Below are positions 16,920 through 27,971 of a stretch of DNA of 64,000 bases, piece after piece (the stretch's first letter is position 1; every line of letters starts with the position of its first letter). A model generated the notes under the pieces. It was given only the letters and a program-made list of their open reading frames with translations. It had not been told where the DNA came from and searched no databases. A program made the position numbers and the translations under genes. Source of the stretch: an uncultured Gemmatimonadales bacterium (GTDB lineage: Bacteria > Gemmatimonadota > Gemmatimonadetes > Longimicrobiales > RSA9); assembly GCA_963798085.1 (NCBI GenBank), contig CAWCRS010000012.1, positions 1-64,000 of the forward strand. The letters are read 5' to 3'.

Positions 16920-18828
16920 TCAGGACGTGCGGTTCGAGACCACGGACACAGACACGCGGGACGGGAAACGCGCGGAACGCTGGATGCGCTGTGTCGCCTT
17001 CACGAAGTCCGATTCCTTCGCCTGGAAGATGTTGGGCACGAACGTCTGCGGATTGCGGTCGATGATCGGGAACCAGGAGCTCTGGACCTGCACCATGATG
17101 CGGTGGCCGCGGCGGAACGTGTAGTCCTGCGTGTGCAGATCGACCCTGTACTCGAGCACGGAATCGGCACGAATGGGCTGCGGCTTCTCGCAACCCTTGC
17201 GGTAGCGGCCGCGGAACACGTCGTTGGAGACCATGAGCTGATAGCCGGCCATGGACCAGTTGTCGGGCAGTGATCTCGGGATAGACGTCGATCAGCTTGA
17301 CGATCCAGTCGCTATCGGTGCCGGTGGTGGCGGCGAAGAGGTGGGCGACGATGTCGCCGGCAATGGTGACATCGTCCGTCGAGCGGGTCGCTTTCCCATG
17401 AGAGCACGTCGGGTCGGTCATCGACGAAACGCTGATCCTCGAGCAGCCAGGTGCGCCAGCTCGAGCCCGCGGGAAAATACGTCGGCTGGATGGGCCGATG
17501 GCGGTAGGGCACCGGGTGCGCGGGATCGGAGACGTAGCTGTCGAACGCGTTCGTCGCATCGGTGCGCGGCGCATCGAACGACAGCTTGCCGTCCGCGTGG
17601 AAATAGAGGTTGCGCGCTTCGACCTGCTGCTTCGGCGGCCACGCGTCCCAGCGACGCCACTGGTTCGTGCCCGTCTCGAACGTCAAGGCTTCGGGCAGGT
17701 CCGAGCCTGCCCTTGTCCTTGAGCCAGAGCGCGAACCAGGGCGCCTGGATGTCGTGGCGGAAATACTCGGCGGTGTTGCTGCCGAAATGCGAGCGGGCCC
17801 AGAGCTTCTCGCCCGTGCCCCGCGACCAGCCGCCGTGGTTCCACGGGCCGACGACCAGATAGTTGATGCCTCGCGTGTCGATTGTCTCGAGCGCCTCGTA
17901 GATGCGCGACCGGCCCGTAGAAGTCCTCCTGGTCCCACCAGCCGGCGACGTTCAGCGTCGGCACGTTGACCGCCGCGATGTGGGGGATCAGCGTCTGGCG
18001 CTGCCAGAACGCGTCGTAGTCGGGGTGCGCGACATAGTCGTTCCAGGTCGGGATCTGCGCCGTGCAGGTACACTCGTGTTGACATTCGCCAGCGGCCGAG
18101 CGCGAGGTACCAGTCGTAGGTGTCATAGCGATCGAAGTGGAACTGCTGCGTCTCCTTGGCCGCTCTCCATCATGGCGGCGTACTCGAAGCCGTAGCTGAG
18201 ACGGAACGCGCCATTGTGGTGGAAGTCGTCGCCGAGCCACATGTCGGCCGGCGAGGCCTGCGGCGAGATCGCCTTGAGCGCGGGGTGCGGCTTCGAGGGC
18301 ACCCATGATCGTGGTCCAGCCGTCGTAGGAGACGCCGAGCATGCCGACCCGGCCATTGTTGCGCGGGCACGTTCTTCAGCAGCCAGTCGATCGTGTCGTA
18401 CGTGTCGGTTCCCTCGTCGATGCAGCTGGATGCGGCACCTGCCGGCGCAGGCGGGGCGCTGCATCACGAACTGGCCTTCCGAGCCGAACTTTCCGCGAAT
18501 GTCCTGGAACACGAAGATGTAGCCGTCATCGGCGAGGTCCTTCAGGTACGCACCGAAGTTGCCGGCCGAGCCTTCGATGCCGTAGGGCGTCCGCTTCATG
18601 ATGAAGGGCAGCGGGCCGCTCCGCGTCCTTCGGCGTGAAGATCTTCGTGTGCAGGCGGACGCCGTCGCGCGCGGGTACCATGACATCGGTCACCGTGAAG
18701 CGGGCGGCGGGATCGGTGCCCTGCGCGCTGGCGTAATACGGCGTCAGGGCGGCACCGGCGGGCAGCGCGACGAGCAAGAGCAGACGGAGGATCCGCGAGG
18801 GCGGCGATCCATGTGCGCGCGGTGGCAT
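16920..18828 (-). CDS. CocE/NonD family hydrolase (multiple frameshifts)
   Basis: RDGVRLHT, RTPYG, QDIRGKFGSEG, GVSYDG, GWWDQED, GPWNHG and VQVQSSWFP motifs across frames. Confidence 0.85.
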
Positions 18829-19312
18829 TGGGTACCTCGGGCGATCGGAGGTGCGTGTCGATCGAGTCGCCGGCAATGTTAGCGGGTGGGCGACGCGGGT
18901 GCGAGTGGACGGGAGGCGCGAAGGGTGAAGGGTGAGGGCGCGCGAGGCGCGGGCCACCGTGGCAACATCGAAGTATCGCATTGACCTCGATCAGCGCGCG
19001 TGAGGAGAGGCGCGTGAGGAGCGAGGAAGGAGGGCGCGGAGGACGGCGGGTTTCGCACGGAGGGAACGGACAGAGGGACGGGGGGCACTGAGGACGGATT
19101 GGGGGGATTGCGGGGCGGGTGGGCGGGCGAGGGGTACGATGGTGGGCGTGTGTGCGGGTCGCCGGGTCTGGCTTGTGAGTGATGAAGGCGGCGCGTATGG
19201 TGCGCGCGGGTGCGGGTGCGTGGCGAGAACTGACACGCGGAATGTTGCGCAGGAGATGGAAGAGTGTCGTCGCCTGCAATGAGAAAACAGGCGGAGCTCG
19301 ACTCCGCTGGAA

Positions 19313-19885
19313 ATGGAGATCACAGTGATGCATGGTGGACGGTTCCGGAATATTGCGCTGGTAGTGGCGCTGGCGGGCTGGGGTGTTGCATGCTCGGGCG
19401 ACAAGGGCAGCGGCGGCGCGGGTGGCGCGGGGACGGCGTCGGGAACGGCACAGATCGCGAAGCTACCGCCGGGCAGAGGCGATGGTGGGAGTGCGGAAGT
19501 GACAACGCAGTTCGCGCCCGACCTGGGCGTGGATCTGGGGTTCATGGCCAGGGTCGGTTCCGGGCTGTACCTGCGTGATCTGCAACCGGGCACGGGAGAC
19601 AGGGCGAAAGCGGGCGAGCTGGTTACGCTGCAGTACACGGCGTGGCTGCCGAACGGCGTGCGGATCGAGACAAGCCGGGAGTCAGGGAAGTCACCGATGG
19701 AGTTTGTGCTGGGTACGGATCAGCAGATCGCGGGGCTGACCGAGGGTGTGAACGGCATGCAGGTGGGCGGGCGGCGCATGCTGGTGGTGCCGCCATCGCT
19801 GGCATACGGCGATCGTGGCGTGCCCGGCATCATTCCGCCTAACAGCACATTGGTGTTCGATCTGGAGCTGGTCGCGGTCAAGTAG
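19313..19885 (+). CDS. FKBP-type peptidyl-prolyl isomerase (lipoprotein)
   Basis: GMQVGGRRMLVVPPSLAYG...IPPNSTLVFDLEL. Confidence 0.9.
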   Translation: MEITVMHGGRFRNIALVVALAGWGVACSGDKGSGGAGGAGTASGTAQIAKLPPGRGDGGSAEVTTQFAPDLGVDLGFMARVGSGLYLRDLQPGTGDRAKAGELVTLQYTAWLPNGVRIETSRESGKSPMEFVLGTDQQIAGLTEGVNGMQVGGRRMLVVPPSLAYGDRGVPGIIPPNSTLVFDLELVAVK

Positions 19886-20046
19886 GGCTTCCGCGAACGG
19901 GGGTGGACATGGCAGGAAACGCGATGGTGCCGGAGGCCAGGGCGAGGCCGTGTGGAAATTACGGTGCGTCAGGGCATGCGCCCGGCATTGGGTTGCGCAG
20001 TGGCGGATACGACGAAGGGCGGTTCCTGCAGCATCTGCGTGCAGCG

Positions 20047-20553
20047 GTGCGACAGGCGAAGCGGCTACTGGTGCTGGCGCTTGCCGGGGTGGGCGTGCTG
20101 GCCATGCCACGGCAGGTGCGGGCGCAGGCGACACAGACTGCGCAGACCGAAGACACGAAAGCGGTCGTCGCGGTCGTCGAGCGGTTCTTCCAGGGCATGC
20201 TGCAGCGGGATACGGCACTGATGCGCAGCACGGTGGACCCGAGTGCGCGGCTCATGGCGTCGACCACGCGGGACGGGCACACGACCATCAGCGCGCTGCC
20301 GATGGACCGGTTCATCGCCTCCACGGCGTCGCGGCAGGGCGAGGGCGCGAACGAGCAGATCCATGCGCCGGAGGTACACGTCGATGGCGACCTGGCGCAG
20401 GTCTGGACCTTCTACACGCTGCACGTGGGCGAGCGCTTCATCCACTGCGGTACGGACGCGTTCCAGCTGATGCGCACCGAGACGGGCTGGAAGATCGTGA
20501 ATGTCGCGGACACGCGGCGGACGACCAACTGCGAAGTGCCGGGCAAGCAGTAG
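20047..20553 (+). CDS. NTF2-like (lumazine-binding/SnoaL) secreted protein
   Basis: Signal peptide from GTG 20047 (ORF open from 19903); HCGTDAFQL...GWKI motif. Confidence 0.75.
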   Translation: MRQAKRLLVLALAGVGVLAMPRQVRAQATQTAQTEDTKAVVAVVERFFQGMLQRDTALMRSTVDPSARLMASTTRDGHTTISALPMDRFIASTASRQGEGANEQIHAPEVHVDGDLAQVWTFYTLHVGERFIHCGTDAFQLMRTETGWKIVNVADTRRTTNCEVPGKQ

Positions 20554-20675
20554 AACCGAGGGTGCCGCGCCGGCGCGGGTCGCCGGCCGACGTCAGCCGG
20601 CTGCCACTTTCCTCGTTGGCGGGTACGTCGACCCGTCCACCATCTGTCGATCGGAGCCAGCCCGCTAACAGCCCA

Positions 20676-22043
20676 CTAGCGGACCGTGGTGGCGGGCGCG
20701 CGGTCGGGCGCCGGGGGTGCGGGCCCGGCGGCCGGTGCGGGCCCGGCAGCGAGCGCAGGCTCCACGCTTCCTGACACGCGATTCCGCAACGTCCATTCTT
20801 CGGTGATCAGACGAACCCCACGCTGGCGGGTGAAATACGCCCATGCCCACTGCGTCATCACGAGCAGACGGTTGCGGAAGCCGATCAGATAGAGCACATG
20901 GATGAAAGCCCAGGCGAGCCAGGCGAGGAGGCCGGAGAAGTGGGCGAAGCCGGCGTCGGCGACGGCGCGGGCACGGCCAATGGTCGCGAGCAGGCCCTTG
21001 TCGTGATAGTGGAAGCCGGTGCGCGGCCGGCCGCTCAGGTCGCCCGCGATCATGTGCGCGACGTGACGACCCATCTGCATGGCGCCCGGCGCAACACCGG
21101 GCACGACAACATCACCGGAGCGGGCGTGCGCCAGGTCGCCGATCACGAAGACTTCGGGATGGCCGGGGATGGAGCAGTCGGGCTCGACAATGACCCTGCC
21201 GGCATTGTCGAGCGGCACGCCCAGCGCGCGACCCAGCGGTGAGGCTTCGACGCCGGCGCCCCAGAAGGTGTTGGTCGCGGGGATGCGCTCCTCGCCCGCC
21301 ATAACAATCTGTTTGTCGACACAGGTGACGAAGGTTCGCGTGCGCACCTCGACACCCAGCGCCTCCAGTTGCGTCCTCGCCTTTGCGGAGAGGTCTGGCG
21401 GGAAGGCGGGAAGGATGCGGTCGCCTCCCTCCAGCAGCACGACCCTCGCCATGCGCGTGTCGATTGCGCGGAACTCGCGCGGCAGACTCTGGAACGCGAT
21501 CTCGGCCATGGCGCCCGCCAGCTCGACACCGGTCGGACCACCGCCCACGATCACAAAGGTGGTGAGCGCACGACGCTTCTCGCGATCGGTCTCGCGCTCG
21601 GCCGCTTCGAACGCGCCCAGGAAGCGACGGCGTATCTCGATCGCATCCTCAATGGTCTTGAGACCGGGCGCGTTCTGCTCCCACTCGTTGTGACCGAAAT
21701 ACGCGTGGCGGGCACCGGTCGCGACAATCAGCCAGTCGTAGGCAACATCGGTGTCATCAGCCAGACGCACCGTGCGGCCCGCAGTATCGATGTCCACGAC
21801 CTCGCCCAGCCAGACACGCGCGTTCTTCTGGCGCTGCAGAATGTTGCGCAGCGGACTGGCAATGTCACCGGGTGAAAGGGACGCGGTCGCGACCTGATAA
21901 AGCAGCGGCTGGAAGAGATGGAAGTTGCGGCGATCGATCAGCGTAATGTCGACCGGCGCGCGGCGCAGCGCGCGCACACAATAGAGACCGCCGAAGCCAC
22001 CACCGATCACGACGACACGACGCCGCTTCGATTCGCTGTCCAT
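20676..22043 (-). CDS. ndh: Type II NADH dehydrogenase
   Basis: GGGFGG, FQPLLYQVAT, GGGPTGVELAG and VFVIGD motifs. Confidence 0.9.
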   Translation of the reverse strand: MDSESKRRRVVVIGGGFGGLYCVRALRRAPVDITLIDRRNFHLFQPLLYQVATASLSPGDIASPLRNILQRQKNARVWLGEVVDIDTAGRTVRLADDTDVAYDWLIVATGARHAYFGHNEWEQNAPGLKTIEDAIEIRRRFLGAFEAAERETDREKRRALTTFVIVGGGPTGVELAGAMAEIAFQSLPREFRAIDTRMARVVLLEGGDRILPAFPPDLSAKARTQLEALGVEVRTRTFVTCVDKQIVMAGEERIPATNTFWGAGVEASPLGRALGVPLDNAGRVIVEPDCSIPGHPEVFVIGDLAHARSGDVVVPGVAPGAMQMGRHVAHMIAGDLSGRPRTGFHYHDKGLLATIGRARAVADAGFAHFSGLLAWLAWAFIHVLYLIGFRNRLLVMTQWAWAYFTRQRGVRLITEEWTLRNRVSGSVEPALAAGPAPAAGPAPPAPDRAPATTVR

Positions 22044-22219
22044 GATCACCTCGCCTCCCCCTCATGGCCTGCTACGGGAAGTGCCGGTCAACGGTCGTCC
22101 GCGCCCTTCTCATGCCCCATTCAGTGTAATGCCCGGTGGTGTGGTTGTGTTTCTTTGTGCTGCGGGGGCGGGGGGCGTTTGTCGCGGATCCCGGCCTTTC
22201 TTGATGCGGGCAGGGGGCG

Positions 22220-22350
22220 GCGGGGTTGAGGGGTCGGACGCGGGCGCGGGCACGCGTTGAGGGGTGGCGTTGCGGGAAATGGTGGGGCCAAGGGGAGCGG
22301 CGGGAAATGGGGGGTTGAGGGGTCGGACGCGGGCGCGGGCACCCGTTGAC
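22220..22350. repeat. Intergenic REP-like repeat x2 (also at 29329 and inverted at 29664)
   Basis: GGGTTGAGGGGTCGGACGCGGGC..GGGCAC(C/G)CGTTG. Confidence 0.65.
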
Positions 22351-22568
22351 GGGTCGGCTGGAGGGTCAGGTCGGGATATGCGATGCGGTGGTTGAGCCAT
22401 GAAGATCGGGGCCGGAAATGCGGGTTGCGGGGGTCGCCATTCAAGGTGGGCTGGGGGGCCGGGTGTTCTGTCGTGGGTGGTGAGGATGCTGGGTACGGGC
22501 GAATCCGGTGGGGGAGCTGCGGGGCGAGGCTGCCGGACGGGCGTGGCCGTCCGGCATTGCTGTTGGTG

Positions 22569-23498
22569 TCAGTTCGCGGGAATCCGCAGGGTCTGGCCGG
22601 CGGCAATCCGCGAGGAACGGAGACCGTTCAGGCGCTTGAGCTGGGTCACGCTAATGCCGTGTTCGTGGGCGATGGACCACAGCGTGTCGCCGGGATTCAC
22701 TTCGTAGTTGTCGGCCGGGCGACGGGTGCGCGCGACCGTGCGTGTGGCGGACGCGGGCGCATCGGCGGCGGCCAGGCCGGCACCCGTTGCGGCCGGTGAA
22801 ACAGCGCTGTTCGCAGGGCCGGGTCCGGCGGCGACCTTCGTGTCGGCGACTTTCGTGTCGGCGACCTTCGTGTCCGCGGTCCTGGCATCGCTGGTCGCTG
22901 CCGGCTTGTCATTGGCGGCAAGCTGGGAATCGAGCTGCTGCACCCAGGTCAGGTACTGCTGCGGGAAGACGGCAACATGATAGTGCGAAGGCCGGTGCTC
23001 ACGCGTGACATCGAGCACGCCCGTCTTTTCCAGACCGAGCAGCGTCTTTTCCAGCCAGCGGCGGCACTTCGATGAGCGGCTCACGCGCAGATCGACCGCC
23101 ATGCCGGCAGGATGAACAGACTGTTCGGAGGCATTGCGCGGCTGTTCGTCCGTGGGCCGCGTCAGGCTGGTGATGACGAGGTCCTCGCCGCACGCGGTCA
23201 CATACTGCGCGGAGAGCCGCTCGACGAAGGTGCGGACGGCGGGCCGCGCATAGGGGAACGAGACGTCATCGGCCAGCTCGTAGTTGGGGCCGCCCTTGAT
23301 CGGGACGAGCAGGCCGAGCTGGATGAATTTCTCGACGTCGCGGACGCTCTCGAGAAATGAATAGTCGTGCTCCATCGCGACCGTGTACTGGCGGTCGACA
23401 GACGCGGGCGAACCCTTGAGCGTCTGGGCAGGTAGCGACGAGGCCGCGGATGCGGCCAGCACAGCGCAGGCGCTGAGGGTGGCGATGGCTCGTTCCAT
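22569..23498 (-). CDS. DUF5715-type (peptidase M15-like) protein with C-terminal LysM
   Basis: ITSLTR..SVHPAGMAVD..HYH motif; YEVNPGDTLWSIA LysM; signal peptide. Confidence 0.8.
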   Translation of the reverse strand: MERAIATLSACAVLAASAASSLPAQTLKGSPASVDRQYTVAMEHDYSFLESVRDVEKFIQLGLLVPIKGGPNYELADDVSFPYARPAVRTFVERLSAQYVTACGEDLVITSLTRPTDEQPRNASEQSVHPAGMAVDLRVSRSSKCRRWLEKTLLGLEKTGVLDVTREHRPSHYHVAVFPQQYLTWVQQLDSQLAANDKPAATSDARTADTKVADTKVADTKVAAGPGPANSAVSPAATGAGLAAADAPASATRTVARTRRPADNYEVNPGDTLWSIAHEHGISVTQLKRLNGLRSSRIAAGQTLRIPAN

Positions 23499-24134
23499 CA
23501 CTCGAAACTGGTTGTTCGTACGCGTTGAGCCGACCGCATCATTGCGGCGGCTCGGCGGACTGCGGAAGGCAGGGGGAACTGCTTCCGACGCCCGGAGCAC
23601 CCGGGTGTCATCGGCACGCGGATGGCGACGATCCGCTCCCCTTTGGTTCGGGGTTGACCGCTGACTCGAATAGAATAAGGCCAACCGCTGACCCTGTCCA
23701 GACTTCCGTGATCTGCACCTGTCTGACAGTATCGACCGGGTCAGGGGTTGCTTGAAGGGGGTTTCCAGAGCGAAAGGGTGGGGCTCGCGAGTTGAATCGA
23801 TGCGCTGCGACCTCTGGTCACGAGCCGGATGAACCGGGATGTGATCCAGCGGAAGTGCGTGCGGTCTTCCGAGCCCGGTGACGGATGCCTACGGGCTGGG
23901 AGAATGAACGGATTTACGGCGAACGGATCAAGTCGATATCACACAGGGGACACGGGGGACGCGGGTCCGGTGTGTATGGCGACGGAGGACGTTGCCGGGG
24001 ATGGAAACCTGGGAGGCGCGAGGTTGCGTGGGCGTGGTTAGCGTGGGTGTGCGTGGACCGGTGGCTTGTGCGAGGAACGTTTGCCCTGCGCGCACGCGTT
24101 GCAGATGACGCGCATAATTCGTGTTATTGGCAGC

Positions 24135-24302
24135 GTGTGAGGGCTTGGGTGGTTGAGTTCGTGAGAGGAATGCGTCGTGCCCATGGGATCGCGGGCGGTT
24201 CTCACGAACCGGTGCTTTATCGCGACCGTGGTGAGGATGGGCGGTTGAGTTCGTGAGAAGGGCTCGTGCCAATGGATCGCGGGCGCTTTATCACGAACCG
24301 TT
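24135..24302. repeat. ~93-bp imperfect direct repeat x2
   Basis: GGTTGAGTTCGTGAGA...GGATCGCGGGCG...TCACGAACCG occurs twice. Confidence 0.65.
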
Positions 24303-24458
24303 GCGGGCTTTGGGGGCACCAGATTCTCGCGATACACGTGCGAGGACTGGCGCAGCTTCGTGCGTTTCGCCGTCGGTCGGGAGGGACAGAAGCGTGGAAT
24401 GGGACCGGTACAGGAAACAGAATCGTCGACTGCAATACGATGAACTGACGAACGGCGA

Positions 24459-25877
24459 ATGAGCGAGGACGTGCCGGACGGCGAGGGCGGCGAAGGGGGT
24501 GGGCGCCGCGATGTGGCGGCGGCGGCCGCGGCGATGTCGGCGGCGGCGCAGGCGAGGGTGCGGGGGGCGCTGCTGGCGCTGTTCGGGCGCGCGCTGCGGC
24601 ATCGGAATTTCCGGCTGTTCACGATCGGGCAGACGCTGTCGCTGGTGGGCACCTGGATGCAGCAGGTGGCAGTCAGCTGGCTGGTCTATCGGCTGACGGG
24701 CTCGGCGTTTCTGCTGGGGCTGGTCGCGTTCGTCAGTCAGGGGCCGGTGTTCCTGCTGTCGCCGCTGGCGGGGGTGCTGGCGGACCGTCACGACAAGCGC
24801 ACGATCGTGCTGGTCACGCAGACGGTCATGATGGTGCAGGCCTTTCTGCTGGCGGGTCTGGTACTGACGCAGCGGGCGACGGTGGGCTGGATCATCCCGC
24901 TGATGGCGGTGCTGGGCGCGGCCACCGGGTTCGATATCCCGGCGAGACAGGCGTTCCTTGTAGAAATGGTGGGCGACCGGGACGACCTGCCCAACGCGAT
25001 CGCGCTGAATTCCTCGATGTTCAATGCGGCCCGGCTGGTGGGGCCGGCGATTGCGGGGCTGCTGGTGGCGGCCGTGGGCGAGGGGCTGTGCATCCTGGTC
25101 AACGCGGTGAGCTACGTTGCGGTGCTGGTGGCGCTGCTGGCGATGCGGCTGCCGGAACGGGGGCCGCGGGGGCACGCGACGCCCGTGCTGGAGGGGCTGA
25201 CGGAGGGGTTCCGGTACGCCTACGGTTTCCAGCCAATGCGGTCGATCCTTCAACTGGTAGCGTTCGTAAGTCTCGTCGCTGTGCCGACCTCGGTGCTGTT
25301 GCCGGTCATCGCCACGAAGGTGCTGGGTGGGGGTGCTGGCACGCTCGGTTTTCTGGTTGCCGCGCAGGGGCTGGGGGCACTGGCGGGCGCGCTCTATCTG
25401 GCATCACGCAGCAGTGTCCGGGGCCTGAGCGGAGTGATCGTGTGGTCCGCGGCACTGTTTGGCGCGTCGCTCATCGTGGTCGGAATCTCGCGGCTGCACG
25501 TGCTGTCACTGGCAGGACTGGCGCTGTCGGGGTTCGGCATGATGGTGCAGATGGCGTCGAGCAACACGGTACTTCAGACGATCGTCGATGATGACAAGCG
25601 GGGCCGTATCATGAGCCTCTACAGCATGGCATACACGGGTGTGAGTCCGCTGGGCAGCCTGCTGGTGGGGGCGGCCGCGGGCGCGATCGGTGCGCCGGTG
25701 GCCATTGCGCTTGGCGGCATTGGCTGTCTGATCGCAACCCTGCTGTTCGCGCGCGAGCGACCGGCGCTGCGCGATGCGGTGCGTCCCATCTACGTCCGCC
25801 TCGGCATCATGCCGGAAGTCGCGCGCGGAATTCAGGCATCCACGCAGAACGTCACGCCCTCACCCGATGGCGACTGA
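24459..25877 (+). CDS. MFS transporter
   Basis: Multi-TM protein; NFRLF..GQ..S..GTWMQ and GVLADRHDKR motifs. Confidence 0.9.
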   Translation: MSEDVPDGEGGEGGGRRDVAAAAAAMSAAAQARVRGALLALFGRALRHRNFRLFTIGQTLSLVGTWMQQVAVSWLVYRLTGSAFLLGLVAFVSQGPVFLLSPLAGVLADRHDKRTIVLVTQTVMMVQAFLLAGLVLTQRATVGWIIPLMAVLGAATGFDIPARQAFLVEMVGDRDDLPNAIALNSSMFNAARLVGPAIAGLLVAAVGEGLCILVNAVSYVAVLVALLAMRLPERGPRGHATPVLEGLTEGFRYAYGFQPMRSILQLVAFVSLVAVPTSVLLPVIATKVLGGGAGTLGFLVAAQGLGALAGALYLASRSSVRGLSGVIVWSAALFGASLIVVGISRLHVLSLAGLALSGFGMMVQMASSNTVLQTIVDDDKRGRIMSLYSMAYTGVSPLGSLLVGAAAGAIGAPVAIALGGIGCLIATLLFARERPALRDAVRPIYVRLGIMPEVARGIQASTQNVTPSPDGD

Positions 25878-27810
25878 GCGCGCAGCCCCGCCCGGGCTGT
25901 TCAGCCGGCTGCGGCGGACGGCGAGGTCGCTGGATGCCGAGACCGAGCGTCGCTATCGCGAGCTGGTGGAAGCATCGGGTGCCATCCTGTGCGAAGTCGC
26001 GCCTCCTGATTTCAGCGTGCAGTACATCAGTCCCGCAGCGGAATCGCTGCTGGGACTCCCGCCCGCGGCCTGGCTGGGTGATGGCGATGGGTGGAAGCGG
26101 CTGCTGCACTCGGGCGATGCCGAGCGGCTGCTGACCACGATGCGACTGGCCCTGCACGCGGGCCAGCCGTTCGAGGAGCTGGTGCGCGGTCTGAAGGCGG
26201 ACGGTCAGGTCGTGTGGCTGCACTGCACCGGCCGCGTCACACCACTCGATGCACCTCGCCCTCGCCTGCTGATGACGTTCACCGATGTGACGCACGCGAA
26301 GCTCGCGGAAGCGAACGCGCAGGAGAACGAGCGACGCGTGCGCGTGCTGCTCGATGAGCTGGGCGACATCCTGCTGGTGCACGACATGGAGGGTCGCATC
26401 ATCGAAGCGAATCGCACGGCCTGCGATGCGCTGGGGTACGCGCGCGCGGATCTGCTCGAGCTGCGCGTGCAGGATGTGCAGCTCGACTTCGAGCTGGAGC
26501 GGGCGCAGGCGGTGTGGCGCGCACTGGAAGCGGGTCGCAGCGTCACGGTGGAAGCGGAGTACAGGCGACGCGACAGCTTCACGTTTCCGGTGGAAATCCG
26601 TCTGGGTCTCGTGCAATGGCCGGGACAGGCGCTGGTATCGGTGATCGCGCGCGACTCGAGCGAGCGTCGCCACCTCGAACAGCAGCTGCGGCAGTCACAG
26701 AAGATGGAAGCAGTCGGGCGCCTGGCGGGTGGCGTGGCGCACGACTTCAACAACCTGCTCACGGCCATCAAGGGGCACGCGGCGCTGCTGCTCGATGGCG
26801 AAGTCGACAACCAGGCGAAGAGCGATCTGATGGAGATCACGCGCGCGGCGGATCGCGCGGCCGTGCTGACACGCAAGTTACTCGCGTTCAGCCGGCAGCA
26901 GATCTTCGCGCCCGAGACGCTCGATCTGAATCGCATTGTTCTGGACGCGAGCCGGCTGCTGCGGCCGCTGCTGGGCGAGTCGATCGATTTTCGCACCGAG
27001 CTGGGCCGCGTAGGCCGCGTGATCGCGGATCACGGACAGATCGAGCAGGTGCTGGTGAATCTGGTGGTGAATGCGCGCGATGCACTGACGCAGGGCGGCC
27101 AGCTGACCATTGCGACGGAAAACCTGGATGTGGATGAGGCGAGGCCGTGGCGGCACGGTTTCGTGCGCCAGGGCGGGTACGCGCTGCTGCGCGTGACGGA
27201 CACGGGTCACGGCATGGATGAGCGAACCATCGCACGCATCTTCGAGCCGTTCTTCACCACCAAGGAAAAAGGACGCGGCAGCGGGCTCGGTCTCTCCATC
27301 GCGTACGGCATCATCAAGCAGAGCGGCGGCTATCTCATCGCGGAGAGCGAACCCGGCCGCGGCTCGACGTTCCTGGTGCTGCTGCCGCGCAAGGAATCGG
27401 ATGGTGCGGCCCCGGGCGCGGGCGCGCAGCGCGAGCCGGGCAACGGCCGCGTCGTGCTGGTGGTGGAAGACGAAGCGCCCGTGCGCTCGCTCGTGTGCCG
27501 CGTGCTCGAGCGCGAAGGGTACCTGGTACTGCAGGCGACGACGGGTGAAGAAGCGCTGCTGCAGGCCCGCTCGTTCGAGGGCCGCCTGGACCTGGTGCTG
27601 TGCGACATGGTGCTGCCCGGGATGGATGGCCAGCAACTGACGCGCGTGCTGTGCGAAGAGCGGCCGGAGACGCGCGCCATTCTGCTGTCCGGCTACCGCG
27701 ACGAATCGGAGCCCGTATCCACCACGGATTCGGGTGTCACCATCCGCATGGACAAGCCGTTCACCCCGGCTGAACTGTTGCGCCGTCTGCAGGAAATCCT
27801 GGGAGAATAG
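25867..27810 (+). CDS. PAS-PAS hybrid histidine kinase/receiver
   Basis: VAHDFNNLL H-box, N/G boxes, FEPFFTTK, receiver VEDE...D. Confidence 0.9.
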   Translation: MATERAAPPGLFSRLRRTARSLDAETERRYRELVEASGAILCEVAPPDFSVQYISPAAESLLGLPPAAWLGDGDGWKRLLHSGDAERLLTTMRLALHAGQPFEELVRGLKADGQVVWLHCTGRVTPLDAPRPRLLMTFTDVTHAKLAEANAQENERRVRVLLDELGDILLVHDMEGRIIEANRTACDALGYARADLLELRVQDVQLDFELERAQAVWRALEAGRSVTVEAEYRRRDSFTFPVEIRLGLVQWPGQALVSVIARDSSERRHLEQQLRQSQKMEAVGRLAGGVAHDFNNLLTAIKGHAALLLDGEVDNQAKSDLMEITRAADRAAVLTRKLLAFSRQQIFAPETLDLNRIVLDASRLLRPLLGESIDFRTELGRVGRVIADHGQIEQVLVNLVVNARDALTQGGQLTIATENLDVDEARPWRHGFVRQGGYALLRVTDTGHGMDERTIARIFEPFFTTKEKGRGSGLGLSIAYGIIKQSGGYLIAESEPGRGSTFLVLLPRKESDGAAPGAGAQREPGNGRVVLVVEDEAPVRSLVCRVLEREGYLVLQATTGEEALLQARSFEGRLDLVLCDMVLPGMDGQQLTRVLCEERPETRAILLSGYRDESEPVSTTDSGVTIRMDKPFTPAELLRRLQEILGE

Positions 27811-27971
27811 TCGGAGCGCGCGACCGGGTTGTGCGACCGCGCGACCGGCCCTATCGTTAGCCCCTGCTCCAAGCGGAACCCCGATTGCAGCGACAGGTTA
27901 CGAGATCCGTCGCTGCGGGCGGGAACGTGCGCGCGGACGACCCCACGGACGACGTGATGGAGGCAAGTCCA

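Noticed and set aside
23499..23820. c-di-AMP (ydaO) riboswitch upstream of the LysM gene
   Set aside because: The conserved motifs were not recognisable. An Rfam scan would settle it.
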